64,000 nucleotides of DNA from the NCBI GenBank assembly GCA_949287655.1, contig CASEHD010000009.1:96223-160222 (forward strand), in the 5' to 3' direction. Origin of the DNA: an uncultured Christensenella sp. GTDB taxonomy: Bacteria > Bacillota > Clostridia > Christensenellales > UBA3700. A program made the translations under genes and the position numbers. Shown here piece by piece: positions 1-9,370 of this stretch. Every line of letters starts with the position of its first letter. Position 1 is the first letter of the stretch. The notes beneath the pieces are model-generated. The model worked only from the letters and a program-made list of their open reading frames with translations, was not told the DNA's origin and ran no database searches.

Positions 1-965
1 GTGTTCGCGACCTTCTGCACCTTTTCCTTGTCGCCTTCACCGACCGTCTTGCCGGTCAGCACGGCGGCGGCGTTGGATACGCCCATAATGCCGACGAGGG
101 ATATCTGATTGACAACCGTCGCTATGCTGCCCGCCGCGATGAAATCGTCGCTGAGGTTGCTTATGATAAGGGTTATCATAACTGTGCCGAAGCCCCAGAG
201 AAGCTCGTTCCCTACGACAGGCAGACAGCTTTTCATAAAAGGTTTCACCACGTCTGCCGCGCGTGAAAACACATGTCTTATCCTGAAGCCGGTGCGCTTG
301 TCGAACGCGTACATATATGTCAGAGACATTATAAATTCGCTTACTCTCGCCGCGACGGTGCCTATCGCCGCGCCCTTAACGCCCAACGCAGGCGCGCCTA
401 ATTTGCCGTAGATGAATACGTAGTTGACTGCGACGTTGATAAAGAAGGATATCCCGTATATCGCCATCGAAACGCCGACTTTCTCTACCGCGCGGAGCGA
501 CGTCATATAACAGTTGGAAAGACTGTAAAACACGTAACCTATCGAAATTATACTCAGATAATCCGCGCCGCTTTCTATCGTCGCGGGGTTGGACGTGAAC
601 AAGGACATCAGCTGACGCGGTATCGCGATACATACGACCGTGAACGCGAGCGAAACAAAAAACACCAGCCTTATCGCAAAACCCATTATCCTGCGGATAT
701 GATCCATTTCGTTCTTGCCCCAGTACTGGGCGATCATAACGTTCGCGCCGCTGGCTATCCCGAAGACGAACATCGTAAGCAGAAAGAAGGGCTGTCCGCC
801 GAGATTCGCTGCGGATATCGCAACGTCGCCCAGCTGACCCAGCATTACCGAGTCCATAAGGTTTACGCCGTAATTGATCACGTTCTGCAGCGCTATCGGC
901 AATATTATCGCGATCGCGCCGAAAAGAAATCTTTTGTTGAGTAAAAACCTGTCCTTGAGTCCCAT
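1..965 (-). CDS. MATE family efflux transporter (N-terminal ~321 codons; gene continues past window start)
   Basis: Absent from the ORF track because it runs off the window. Reverse translation from ATG at 965-963 gives MGLKDRFLLNKRFLFGAIAIILPIALQNVINYGVNLMDSVMLGQLG... At the window edge it reads ...ATVVNQISLVGIMGVSNAAAVLTGKTVGEGDKEKVQKVAN. The frame is uninterrupted, hydrophobic and multi-TM, typical of MATE exporters. Confidence 0.7.
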   Translation of the reverse strand, partial: MGLKDRFLLNKRFLFGAIAIILPIALQNVINYGVNLMDSVMLGQLGDVAISAANLGGQPFFLLTMFVFGIASGANVMIAQYWGKNEMDHIRRIMGFAIRLVFFVSLAFTVVCIAIPRQLMSLFTSNPATIESGADYLSIISIGYVFYSLSNCYMTSLRAVEKVGVSMAIYGISFFINVAVNYVFIYGKLGAPALGVKGAAIGTVAARVSEFIMSLTYMYAFDKRTGFRIRHVFSRAADVVKPFMKSCLPVVGNELLWGFGTVMITLIISNLSDDFIAAGSIATVVNQISLVGIMGVSNAAAVLTGKTVGEGDKEKVQKVAN

Positions 966-1137
966 AGCCACTCTATTATAACAACACCCGCCGACTTAGG
1001 CAAGCATAATTATCTGCTCGCGTTTTTCTCAAAACATTCCTTACAAAAAACTTACCGTATCCGTACAAAACAGTGATAGCGCGAAAAAAACGGAACGTAT
1101 AAGATGTATAATCGTACAGCGACTGAAAAGGTGAAAT

Positions 1138-2631
1138 ATGAAATACGTAAAAGGCAAAGAAAAATTCTCTTACGGCTTCGCCGCAGTCGGCAGTTTTATG
1201 ACTGCCAACGTGATAGCGAGTTATCTGTCCTATTTTCTTACCGATATCCTGCTGGTATCGACCGCGTTCGTTTCGGTGCTGATGACCGCGGCGAGGATAT
1301 GGGACATGCTGAACGACCCTCTTATGGGCGTTCTCATCGACAGGACAAAAAGCAAAAGCGGCAAAATGCGCCCATACATAAAGGCAGGGGCTTTTTTGAT
1401 TTTTTTCGTATCCGTGTTTATGTTCCTGCCTTTATCCGGAATAAATCCCGTTTTGAAAATGGTATTCGCCACGGTAATGTACCTTTCCTTCGATACGGCT
1501 TATACCGTCGTCGACGTCCCTTTTATGGGGCTTATGAGCGTTGCGACTCCGGACGACAAGGAGAGATCCTCTCTTCTGACTTTTTACGTCATCTGCGGTT
1601 CTTTCGGAACGGTCGCGACGATACTTCTTCTTCCCGTCTTTCAATCCTTCCTTCCTGAAAAATGGGTGTATTTCGCGCTCTCGGCGACAGTCGGTCTTTT
1701 CGCGTTTTCGGGTTATTCCATGCTGTACAGAAATTCAAAAGAAAGGTTTTCTTCAACGACCGAAAAGATCCCGATAAAAGAGATGTTCGCGACCGCGGCG
1801 CGCAACAAGCCGATGCTGCTGACTCTTCTCACCTCCATGCTTGCCTCGCCGCGATATCTGCTCATGCTGTCCGCGGCATACGTTTCGACATACGTCATCA
1901 AGATACCAGGGTTGAGCTCCGGCACCGTACTCGTACTGCTGTACCTGATCGTCGGATCAGGAATGTTTGCGGGAATACTTCTCACTCCGGTCGTATACAA
2001 GCGCGTCGGATTCAGGAATACAACCCTGCTCTTCGGCGCGATCGGCGGCGTATGTCTCGCCGCCGCGTTTTTCATAGGACGTATAAATTATTACGCCGCC
2101 ATGCCGTTCATGACTCTGGGCGGTCTGGGACTGGGCGCGTATAACACTCTTCCTTATCCCATGGTCGGCGACAGCCTCGACTACCTGGAATGGAAAACGG
2201 GCAAACGTATGGAAGGCGTATGTTTCAGCTGGAATTCGTTTGTGACAAAATTCAACAACGCGGCTGGAGCAATTCTCCTCTCTCTGGGACTGGTCGTATT
2301 TAAATTCGTACAACCGGTCGTCCCGGGGCAGCCTCTGGAGCAATCCGGGTTCACCGTCACCGGCCTTTACGCGCTCGTAACGATAATTCCGGCAATTTCT
2401 TTCTTCATATCTCTTGTACCGGCGGCGTTAAACCGCTATACTGGAAGTAGAAGAGACGCCGTTCTGAAAGAACTGTCTGAAAGAAAACGAGGATTTTCGA
2501 TAGAAAACGCGACGGACGAAGCCGTAACTGCCGCCGTCGTATGCGACGAGGAGAAGAAGATCGAAGACGCGGACGCAAACGCGGAAGCGGACGGAAAAGC
2601 AACAGCAACAACGATTGAGGTGACAAGATGA
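1138..2631 (+). CDS. Glycoside-pentoside-hexuronide (GPH)/MFS cation symporter
   Basis: 497 aa and polytopic. The N-terminus FSYGFAAVGSFMTANVIASYLSYFLTD...RIWDMLNDPLMGVLIDRT.S..GKMRPYI matches the MelB/YicJ-type GPH signature. RBS AAAAGGTGA precedes the ATG. Confidence 0.8.
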   Translation: MKYVKGKEKFSYGFAAVGSFMTANVIASYLSYFLTDILLVSTAFVSVLMTAARIWDMLNDPLMGVLIDRTKSKSGKMRPYIKAGAFLIFFVSVFMFLPLSGINPVLKMVFATVMYLSFDTAYTVVDVPFMGLMSVATPDDKERSSLLTFYVICGSFGTVATILLLPVFQSFLPEKWVYFALSATVGLFAFSGYSMLYRNSKERFSSTTEKIPIKEMFATAARNKPMLLTLLTSMLASPRYLLMLSAAYVSTYVIKIPGLSSGTVLVLLYLIVGSGMFAGILLTPVVYKRVGFRNTTLLFGAIGGVCLAAAFFIGRINYYAAMPFMTLGGLGLGAYNTLPYPMVGDSLDYLEWKTGKRMEGVCFSWNSFVTKFNNAAGAILLSLGLVVFKFVQPVVPGQPLEQSGFTVTGLYALVTIIPAISFFISLVPAALNRYTGSRRDAVLKELSERKRGFSIENATDEAVTAAVVCDEEKKIEDADANAEADGKATATTIEVTR

Positions 2632-3908
2632 AAATACGCTGCGATTACAAAACCTTGACAATGATAAAATCCCCCGTCGTCGGCGTGATCTCCGACAGCC
2701 AGCTCTCCCCGTTTTCGTGGAAGAACAACCGCACTTTCGAGCGCAACCTGATCCGTTCTTTGCAGACGTTGAAGAATTACGGCTGCAATATGGTGATATT
2801 CGCGGGCGACATCTGCAACATCGCGAACTTTTACGCGTATCACAGATTTAAAAACGCTTTCAAGCTGGTATTCGGCGCGAAGCCGCCGCTTTTGCAGATA
2901 ATCATGGGCAACCACGATTATTTTCCCGCGTTCACTTCAAGGTGGAAAAAGCGCTTTATGTTCGAATCCTATCTCGACGTGAAGCCCTACTCTCATTTTG
3001 TCGTGAACGGCTACCACTTTATCGGCGTTTCGCCCGACTGCCGCAAGCAGAAGAACGGATATTCGGAAGTGCTTGAATGGCTGGACGACGAACTGGAAAA
3101 AGCGGTCGGGGATTCAGGCAAAAAGCCTGTATTCGTCACGACCCACAACAACGCCGAAAACACCGTCTACGGCTCAGACGTCTACGGAGATACGGAGCTG
3201 TACTCGGTATTGTCAAAGTACGAAAACGTCGTAAACTTCGGCGGGCACACCCATTTCCCGATGCTGGACGAACGCTCGATACACCAGCGCGACTACACTT
3301 CGCTTAACACGCAGTCCACCTCTTACGTGGAGCTCGAAAAGGGAAAGGTCAACGGTCCGGTGCCGCCCAACCCGCATATATCGCCGATGTGTTACGTGCT
3401 GAAATTTTCAGACGAAAAGATAGATATCCTGCGCGTAAACGCGGGTACGGGCACGGAAGAAAAACAGCATATGCGCTGGTCTCTGCCGACAACTTTGACC
3501 AAAGATAAATTCGTATATACCGACGACCGCTTCGACGTCTCCGACCCCAAAGAGGAAGACTACCCGGTTATGCCCGCGATATACGGCAGAAGCGAAAAGA
3601 TAGGCATGCGCGCGTACCTCGTCTTTGAAAAAGGCGAGGACAAGGACTTCGTGCACAACTACCGCGTGGAGTTCAGCGACGGCAAAGTGCAGTATTATTT
3701 CAGCGATTTTTACAAAGGGCTGGGCTCTCCCAACAAAGAGGTCGTCCTGCCGATATACGAAAAAGCCGCGGGGGTCTACGACGTAGAGATACGCGCCGTA
3801 AACTCAAAAGGACTCGAAAGCAAGACCGCGACGAGAATATGCGACGTGCGCGTGCCGGGTTACCGCAGATATCCGCTGGTGTTCGCACCCGACGCAAAAT
3901 ATTTTTAA
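2628..3908 (+). CDS. Calcineurin-like metallophosphoesterase with extra C-terminal beta domain
   Basis: Motifs are in canonical order: ISDSQ, AGDICN, GNHDY, TTHNN, GGHTHFP. The ATGA start/stop overlap with the upstream transporter and a GAGGTG RBS indicate translational coupling. Confidence 0.75.
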   Translation: MKIRCDYKTLTMIKSPVVGVISDSQLSPFSWKNNRTFERNLIRSLQTLKNYGCNMVIFAGDICNIANFYAYHRFKNAFKLVFGAKPPLLQIIMGNHDYFPAFTSRWKKRFMFESYLDVKPYSHFVVNGYHFIGVSPDCRKQKNGYSEVLEWLDDELEKAVGDSGKKPVFVTTHNNAENTVYGSDVYGDTELYSVLSKYENVVNFGGHTHFPMLDERSIHQRDYTSLNTQSTSYVELEKGKVNGPVPPNPHISPMCYVLKFSDEKIDILRVNAGTGTEEKQHMRWSLPTTLTKDKFVYTDDRFDVSDPKEEDYPVMPAIYGRSEKIGMRAYLVFEKGEDKDFVHNYRVEFSDGKVQYYFSDFYKGLGSPNKEVVLPIYEKAAGVYDVEIRAVNSKGLESKTATRICDVRVPGYRRYPLVFAPDAKYF

Positions 3909-3917
3909 GAGGAGATC

Positions 3918-4580
3918 ATGAAAAAAACTCTCGCAAGATTCAAAGCGTTCATATTCGACCTGGACGGAACGGTCATAGACTCGATGCCCGTATGGGACAA
4001 GGTCTACGCCGCGCCGTTCGAAAAATACGGCATAGACGTGCCCGACGGCTACATCATGCGCGTAAACCATATGGGACTCGACGAATGCATGCGCTATACG
4101 CTGTCCTCCACCCCTCTCCCTTGCGGCGAGGACGAACTCAAAAGTATCTGGCATAAGGCGTCTGCCGACGAATACGCGCTGAACATACCTCTCAAAAAAG
4201 GCGCGGGAGAACTTTTGACCGCACTCAAAGAAAAAGGGGTAAAGATCGCGCTGGCAACCGCTTCTCCTTACGAGCTTTTCGTACCCTGTCTGAAACGTCT
4301 CGACGTCTACTCTCTTTTCGACCTGTTCGTATCGACGGACGACGTGTCCCGCGGCAAGGATGACCCCGAAATTTACATCGAAACCGCGAAAAAACTGGGC
4401 TTTTCACCCGCAGAATGCGCTGTCGTAGAAGACAGCCATATCGGCATCGCCAGCGCAAAGACCGCGGGTTTCTTCACGATCGGAGTGTTCGACAAAGCGT
4501 CTGAAAAATACGCGGGTTTCGTAAAGGAAAATTCTGACATATACGTGCAGTCTTTAACAGAACTGACGCAATCGCTGTAA
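3918..4580 (+). CDS. HAD-IA family hydrolase (beta-phosphoglucomutase/sugar-phosphatase-like)
   Basis: Motif I is FIFDLDGTVIDS, motif II is LATAS, and motif III/IV is K...VVEDSHIGIASAKTAG. Length 220 aa. Confidence 0.8.
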   Translation: MKKTLARFKAFIFDLDGTVIDSMPVWDKVYAAPFEKYGIDVPDGYIMRVNHMGLDECMRYTLSSTPLPCGEDELKSIWHKASADEYALNIPLKKGAGELLTALKEKGVKIALATASPYELFVPCLKRLDVYSLFDLFVSTDDVSRGKDDPEIYIETAKKLGFSPAECAVVEDSHIGIASAKTAGFFTIGVFDKASEKYAGFVKENSDIYVQSLTELTQSL

Positions 4581-4603
4581 CCGAGCGGCGTTAAGCCCGC
4601 CTC

Positions 4604-4640
4604 AAAAAAATACGGAGAATCAAACCTCTCCGTATTTTTC
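4604..4640. terminator. Bidirectional rho-independent terminator between convergent operons
   Basis: Hairpin TACGGAGA-N9-TCTCCGTA is flanked by an A7 run upstream and TTTTT downstream. Confidence 0.7.
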
Positions 4641-4662
4641 TGTCTTTCTTTAAGTTCTTTTC

Positions 4663-5817
4663 TTATTCAAGACCCGCCGGCACGATTATCTCAATATCCG
4701 AATCGGGATAAGAACAGCACGGGTGGATATAGCCGAATTTGAGGTCGGCAAGCCTTCTCTTGTCCGCTCCCGCTATGCTGAATTTGCCCGAAACGAGCTT
4801 GCTGTGACAGAAACCGCAGCCGCCCGCACGGCACTTTGACGGCACTTTGAGCCCCGCCCTTTCCATAGCGACGAGTATTGTCTCTCTGCTGTCCGCTTTT
4901 ACTTTGTAAACGTTGTCTCTTATATGCACGGTCAGCGCGTATTCCGCCTTCTTTACGTCGCGCTCGCCCACGCAGTTGGCTTCTTTCTTTACCCGCTTAC
5001 CGCCTATGCCCATCGCCGCCAGCTCCTTGTCGAGGAAGGCGTACATCGCCTGAGGTCCGCACGCCATAACTGTGAACTTTTCGGGCGCGTATTTCGCAAT
5101 CAGCTCTTTGGTGACGAAGCCGTTTTCGTACTTGTCGCTCTTTTCGTCGCTGAGCACGTACACGACTTTGAATTTGTCGGACTCAAGCGCGTCGAGTTCC
5201 TTTTTAAACGCAATGTCCTTTTCCGTCCTCGCGCCGTAAAGCAGTATCAGTTTAAAATCTTCGCTGCCCTCTTTGAGCGCCTGCGCCATAGAGTAGAACG
5301 GCGTGATGCCGCTGCCGCCCGCAACGCCGATGACGACCTCTTCGTCCTTTACGCCTTCGTAATGGAACTGACCCGAAGGATCGCCGATTATCATTTCGTC
5401 GCCCACCTTAGCGTTGTCGAAAAGCCAGTTGCTGAAAAAGCCCGCTTTCTTTACCGTAACCGAAAGCTTACCTTCCCTGAACGCGGTGTAAGGCGAAGAA
5501 GATATCGCGTAAGGTCTGCTTACGACAGAGCCGTCCACGTTTGCGGTAAGCTCAACGTACTGACCCGCGCGGAAGAACGCCTTTTTCGAAAGCTCAAAGG
5601 TGTAAGTTTTCATATCCGCGGTCTCTTTCTTTATCTCCACAAGTTTTGCCTTCTGATTGCCGGGGTGAATGATCTTCGCCGTTTCGTTGACCTTATAGGT
5701 CTTTGGAAGCGGAGTCGCGGGCGCCGCGTCGAAAGCCGCGCGACGGTTGGGTACGAGCTTCTTGAAACGGAGCAGATCCATAAATCCGAATATCTGTTTT
5801 TTAAATTTGAACGCCAT
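4663..5817 (-). CDS. Ferredoxin-NADP reductase-type FAD/NAD-binding oxidoreductase with C-terminal 2Fe-2S ferredoxin domain
   Basis: Contains the RPYAISS (RxYS FAD motif) and GVAGGSGITP (NAD-binding) motifs. The C-terminal CRAGGCGFCHSKL...HPCC is a plant-type 2Fe-2S cysteine pattern. Confidence 0.75.
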   Translation of the reverse strand: MAFKFKKQIFGFMDLLRFKKLVPNRRAAFDAAPATPLPKTYKVNETAKIIHPGNQKAKLVEIKKETADMKTYTFELSKKAFFRAGQYVELTANVDGSVVSRPYAISSSPYTAFREGKLSVTVKKAGFFSNWLFDNAKVGDEMIIGDPSGQFHYEGVKDEEVVIGVAGGSGITPFYSMAQALKEGSEDFKLILLYGARTEKDIAFKKELDALESDKFKVVYVLSDEKSDKYENGFVTKELIAKYAPEKFTVMACGPQAMYAFLDKELAAMGIGGKRVKKEANCVGERDVKKAEYALTVHIRDNVYKVKADSRETILVAMERAGLKVPSKCRAGGCGFCHSKLVSGKFSIAGADKRRLADLKFGYIHPCCSYPDSDIEIIVPAGLE

Positions 5818-5821
5818 AGTT

Positions 5822-7345
5822 TCAGCCCTCCCTCTTTATATCGCCCACGGTCTGTCTGCCCGTGATGTCGCCTGAGAAATACGCGCTGGAATAGCCCGAA
5901 AGTCTCATCGAGAAGCCGCCCGCAAAGCGCAGCCCTCTGGTCTTGTGATCTTCAGCCATCATCAGCAGTCTGGGCATGAGTCCGTCCCAGTACTGAGATT
6001 CGTAGCCGTAAATGCCGCCTTCCGGGTGACCACAGTAACGCGCGTAAGTCATCGGGGTAGCGACGGAGATCTCCTCTATGCTGTCTCTTATCTTACAACC
6101 GGTATCCTGTTCAAACCTCGCGATCATCTTGTTCGCAACGTAATCCTTTACCTTGAAATACTCTTCCGGCTTTACGTTCGCCCAATCGTCGCTCATATAA
6201 AGGGTCGTGAAATACATCATACACGTGCCCTCGGGCGAACAATCGGGGTAAGCCCTGTTGAGGCATACGGTCGCCTGCACTTCGTTGGTCTCTATTTTCT
6301 TCATGATGTCGTACTGCTTAGCGGTATCCATCGTGTCGTACAGGAAGTAGTTGTGGTTGGTTATGCCCAGCTCGTCGGCAGACTTGTTGAGACCGAGGAA
6401 CATCGTGAAACCTCTGCCCGCGAATTTGCGCGCGTTGGTCTCTTTCAGTATGCGTTCGTCGACCTTGTCGATCATCTTGCCGTAGACGATGTGCGGCGAA
6501 CAGTTGGCGATAACGTGACGGGTCGCTATCTCGTCGCCGTTGCTAAGCACGACTCCTTCCACTCCGCCGTCCGCGCCCGTCTTTATCTTCACCGCTTCGG
6601 TATTGAACCAGACGTCGCCGCCCAGCTCTCTTATCCTCTCCACCATCGCAAGCGATATTTCGTGAGAACGGGATTTGGGCATCGCCGCGCCGCGCGTGAT
6701 GTATCTTATCACCATCGAAGAATAGTGCAGGAAACTGAGATCGTCGCAATGCGCGCCCAGGTAGCACCAGTAAGCGTTCAATATGTCCTTCGCTCTCTTG
6801 GGCATCTTTATCGCGTCAAGCACTTCGTTGACGGAATAAGAACCGCATTTTACGAAATTCGCGTACTGCGAAAGCATTACCTTCTGATCGGTCTGTCCGT
6901 TCACCGAGTTGCTGTAAGCCTGCGCCGCCCTGACCTCTTCCGCCAGGTCGAAGAATTTTTCCATCGACTTTCTGCTGCCGGGAACGTAATACTCCATTTT
7001 GTCGATAAACGCCTTTATACCGAAAGGCATCGTCGCGTCTATCTTCTCCTCGCGGGATATGACTCTGTAAGCTTCGGGTATCTGCAACCACTCTATCTTG
7101 TCCGTCACTCCGAGCTGATCGAACAATACCCTGACGTCGCCCGCGTTGTCGGGGGTGCCGAAGTCGTTGAGTTCGTGAAGCGACGCTTCGAACTCAAACC
7201 TGCCGCGCCTGAAACTGGTCGCAAAGCCGCCGGGGATATTGTGCTTTTCAACGAGAAGGGTTTTCGCCCCGCTCTGCAAAAGCCGTATCGCCGCGACGAG
7301 TCCGCCGTTGCCGGCGCCGATCACTACTGCGTCATACTTTTTCAT
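5822..7345 (-). CDS. NAD(P)/FAD-dependent oxidoreductase, phytoene desaturase (CrtI)-like family
   Basis: N-terminal Rossmann motif YDAVVIGAGNGGLVAAIRLLQSGAKTLLVEKHNIPGG. 507 aa. A 4-nt gap to the downstream reductase gene suggests one operon. Confidence 0.75.
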   Translation of the reverse strand: MKKYDAVVIGAGNGGLVAAIRLLQSGAKTLLVEKHNIPGGFATSFRRGRFEFEASLHELNDFGTPDNAGDVRVLFDQLGVTDKIEWLQIPEAYRVISREEKIDATMPFGIKAFIDKMEYYVPGSRKSMEKFFDLAEEVRAAQAYSNSVNGQTDQKVMLSQYANFVKCGSYSVNEVLDAIKMPKRAKDILNAYWCYLGAHCDDLSFLHYSSMVIRYITRGAAMPKSRSHEISLAMVERIRELGGDVWFNTEAVKIKTGADGGVEGVVLSNGDEIATRHVIANCSPHIVYGKMIDKVDERILKETNARKFAGRGFTMFLGLNKSADELGITNHNYFLYDTMDTAKQYDIMKKIETNEVQATVCLNRAYPDCSPEGTCMMYFTTLYMSDDWANVKPEEYFKVKDYVANKMIARFEQDTGCKIRDSIEEISVATPMTYARYCGHPEGGIYGYESQYWDGLMPRLLMMAEDHKTRGLRFAGGFSMRLSGYSSAYFSGDITGRQTVGDIKREG

Positions 7346-7416
7346 TTAAGCCTCCTGAATACCTTATTTTATTATGCGTTTATTTTCGCGGTTTAATGCC
7401 GCCGCCGGAAAAGCCG

Positions 7417-7974
7417 TCAGACTTTTTCCGATCTTATCTTCATAAGAACGCCCGTATAAACGTCTGTAAGCATAAGCTCTGTGTCGTCGTCCGAAAAATC
7501 CGACTTGCCGGTCGCGATCATCGTCGCTATTCCGTGAGAGAACAGCCACAGTTCCCTGAATACCCTGAGCGCGTTCTCTTTCGAAAGCCCCTGCTCTTTT
7601 ACGATAACGTCTACCGCGAAAGGCACGTTCTCGTCGTTCATAAGCCCGTCGCCCGCGTTGCCGCTCATATACAGCATCTTGAATATCTCCGATTCCTCTT
7701 TTGCGAAATATATATAGTTGAGACCGACGGTCTTAAAAGGATTGACCCCGTCCCTCTTTTTTCTCAGACTTTCCGCAAACATCGCTTTCGCGCGCGCCGT
7801 CACCTCTTTTACGACCTCTTCCATTCCCGAAAAATACCAGAATACCGGCTGGGTAGAACAGCCCGCTTCCGCCGCCAAGGCTTTTGCGGTGAGCTTTGCT
7901 ATGCCCTCTCTTCTTACCAGCCTGAAAGCCGCGTCCGCTATATCTTCTCTTCTTACTTTCGCCCTCGGCGCCAT
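7417..7974 (-). CDS. TetR/AcrR family transcriptional regulator
   Basis: 185 aa with an N-terminal HTH (IADAAFRLVRREGIAKLTAKALAAEAGCSTQPVFWYF). It is the first gene of the minus-strand operon. Confidence 0.85.
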   Translation of the reverse strand: MAPRAKVRREDIADAAFRLVRREGIAKLTAKALAAEAGCSTQPVFWYFSGMEEVVKEVTARAKAMFAESLRKKRDGVNPFKTVGLNYIYFAKEESEIFKMLYMSGNAGDGLMNDENVPFAVDVIVKEQGLSKENALRVFRELWLFSHGIATMIATGKSDFSDDDTELMLTDVYTGVLMKIRSEKV

Positions 7975-8002
7975 ATATGTTTCTCCCGCATCCTTTAATT
8001 AT

Positions 8003-8031
8003 ATAATACACGTTATGTATTTTCTTGTCAA
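8003..8031 (-). promoter_or_regulatory. Sigma-A type promoter with overlapping inverted repeat (candidate TetR operator)
   Basis: Minus strand reads TTGACA (8031-8026), 17 nt, TATTAT (8008-8003). The inverted repeat AATACA-N5-TGTATT at 8005-8021 overlaps the spacer and -10. RBS GGGAGA lies before the ATG at 7974. Confidence 0.5.
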
Positions 8032-8199
8032 TAGTAAGGTTAAAAATTTAACGAAAAGCGCCGTCTTTTTAATAAATATTTAATATTGCTTACGATATAA
8101 TTAAAAACGGTCCCGGGATCTGTATTTTAAATTGGTTTCAGACTTCCCTTTCAGACAATGCGCCGGTCCTCTGTGCAGGCGGTAAAAAATAAGGTGTCT

Positions 8200-9021
8200 A
8201 TGAGTTTGTTAAATGAAAAGATCGTCTATAATGCCGATAAATCCGTCAACCGCGCCTGCTGTGTAAAAGCGGCGGGGCACGTGTTTCCCGACCCTGCATG
8301 GGCAGCTCTCAGAGAGGAACCCAAGGACGCGCTTATCCTGTTCATCGCCGAAGGAAAGGCTAAACTTTCCGTTCCCGGAGGCGAATATCCCCTTTACAAA
8401 GGCGACTGCGTCGTCTTTCCCCCGAAAAAATACAGCAAACTGCAAAGCGACGCGAAGACGCCGCCCGAAGTCTACTGGCTGCGCTGCGGCGGCGACCTCG
8501 TAGACGCTTTCGTAAAAGCTTATTTCCCCAATATGCGCGCTATCGTCGCGACTTGCGACGTTAAAAATTTTTTCGTCCGGATCACAGATATTTTATCGCA
8601 CGGCGACGCGGAATCTGCCGACACGTTATGTCTGATTCTGCATAAACTGTTCGTAACGATAAAAAACTGCCTCGGCTCAGCGCCTTCAGGCAAAGGCAAA
8701 AGTATGTTTCCGAGCAATAAATACGAAGAGTATATCCTGTCTCACATGTACGACAAACTTGACGTGCACGATTTTGCGGATCATTTCGGAATGTCTGTCC
8801 CTGCCCTTACGGCGGCGCTCAAACGCAAATTCGGCAAAACTCCTTATCAATATTACCTTTCCGTAAAGATAGAGCTGGCGAAAAAGATGCTTGCGACGGG
8901 TAAAACGTCAGTCGAAGATATCGCGGAAAGGCTTTGTTTTACCGACCGCACCCACTTTTCCAAACTTTTTAAACGCGAAACGGGCTTGTCTCCCGCAGAA
9001 TACAAAAAGAATAATTCTTAA
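8200..9021 (+). CDS. AraC family transcriptional regulator (cupin-type N-domain + HTH)
   Basis: The C-terminus (FADHFGMSVPALTAALKRKFGKTPYQYYLSVKIELAKKML...ERLCFTDRTHFSKLFKRETGLSPAEYKK) is a classic AraC double HTH. I prefer the ATG at 8200 (AAGGTG RBS) over the track start at 8158. Confidence 0.85.
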   Translation: MSLLNEKIVYNADKSVNRACCVKAAGHVFPDPAWAALREEPKDALILFIAEGKAKLSVPGGEYPLYKGDCVVFPPKKYSKLQSDAKTPPEVYWLRCGGDLVDAFVKAYFPNMRAIVATCDVKNFFVRITDILSHGDAESADTLCLILHKLFVTIKNCLGSAPSGKGKSMFPSNKYEEYILSHMYDKLDVHDFADHFGMSVPALTAALKRKFGKTPYQYYLSVKIELAKKMLATGKTSVEDIAERLCFTDRTHFSKLFKRETGLSPAEYKKNNS

Positions 9022-9043
9022 GTAAACTTAAAATAAAACATAA

Positions 9044-9073
9044 AGACGAGGAATATGCGTCCCTCGTCTTTTT
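9044..9073. terminator. Rho-independent terminator after araC-family gene; also follows the minus-strand remnant
   Basis: Hairpin AGACGAGG-N9-CCTCGTCT is followed by TTTTAT. Confidence 0.65.
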
Positions 9074-9078
9074 ATACT

Positions 9079-9272
9079 TTAACCCTGAACCGAAGCCGAA
9101 CTTGCGCCCCATACAATGCTGAGCGGAACCGATGCGGAAGCTACGGACGTGCCGCCGTCTGTATCGAAAGTAACCGTATGTTTTCCTGAACGTTATCGCA
9201 CGCGTTAAATACAAACGCGGAAACCGTCAACATAACAAGCATTATTACGACAGGCGTAAAACTCTTTTCATA
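9079..9272 (-). pseudogene. Decayed remnant of a lipoprotein with an InlB B-repeat start (two frameshifts)
   Basis: AAGGAGG sits 5 nt before the ATG at 9272, and the first frame gives MKRVLRLS then a stop. The next frame continues VVIMLVMLTVSAFVFNACDNVQEN (signal peptide plus lipobox). A third frame gives HTVTFDTDGGTSVASASVP... and stops at 9081-9079. Confidence 0.4.
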
Positions 9273-9370
9273 TGTGCCTCCTTTCCGCCCTCCCCGTTTC
9301 ATCTTAAAAAGCGCACCTCTTTGTCAATGCTGACAATGACGGCGCGCTACGATTTTACATATCATTCCTT

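Noticed and set aside
5945-7396. 483-aa plus-strand ORF
   Set aside because: It is antisense to the CrtI-like oxidoreductase, which has a textbook Rossmann motif. The plus-strand translation has no features.
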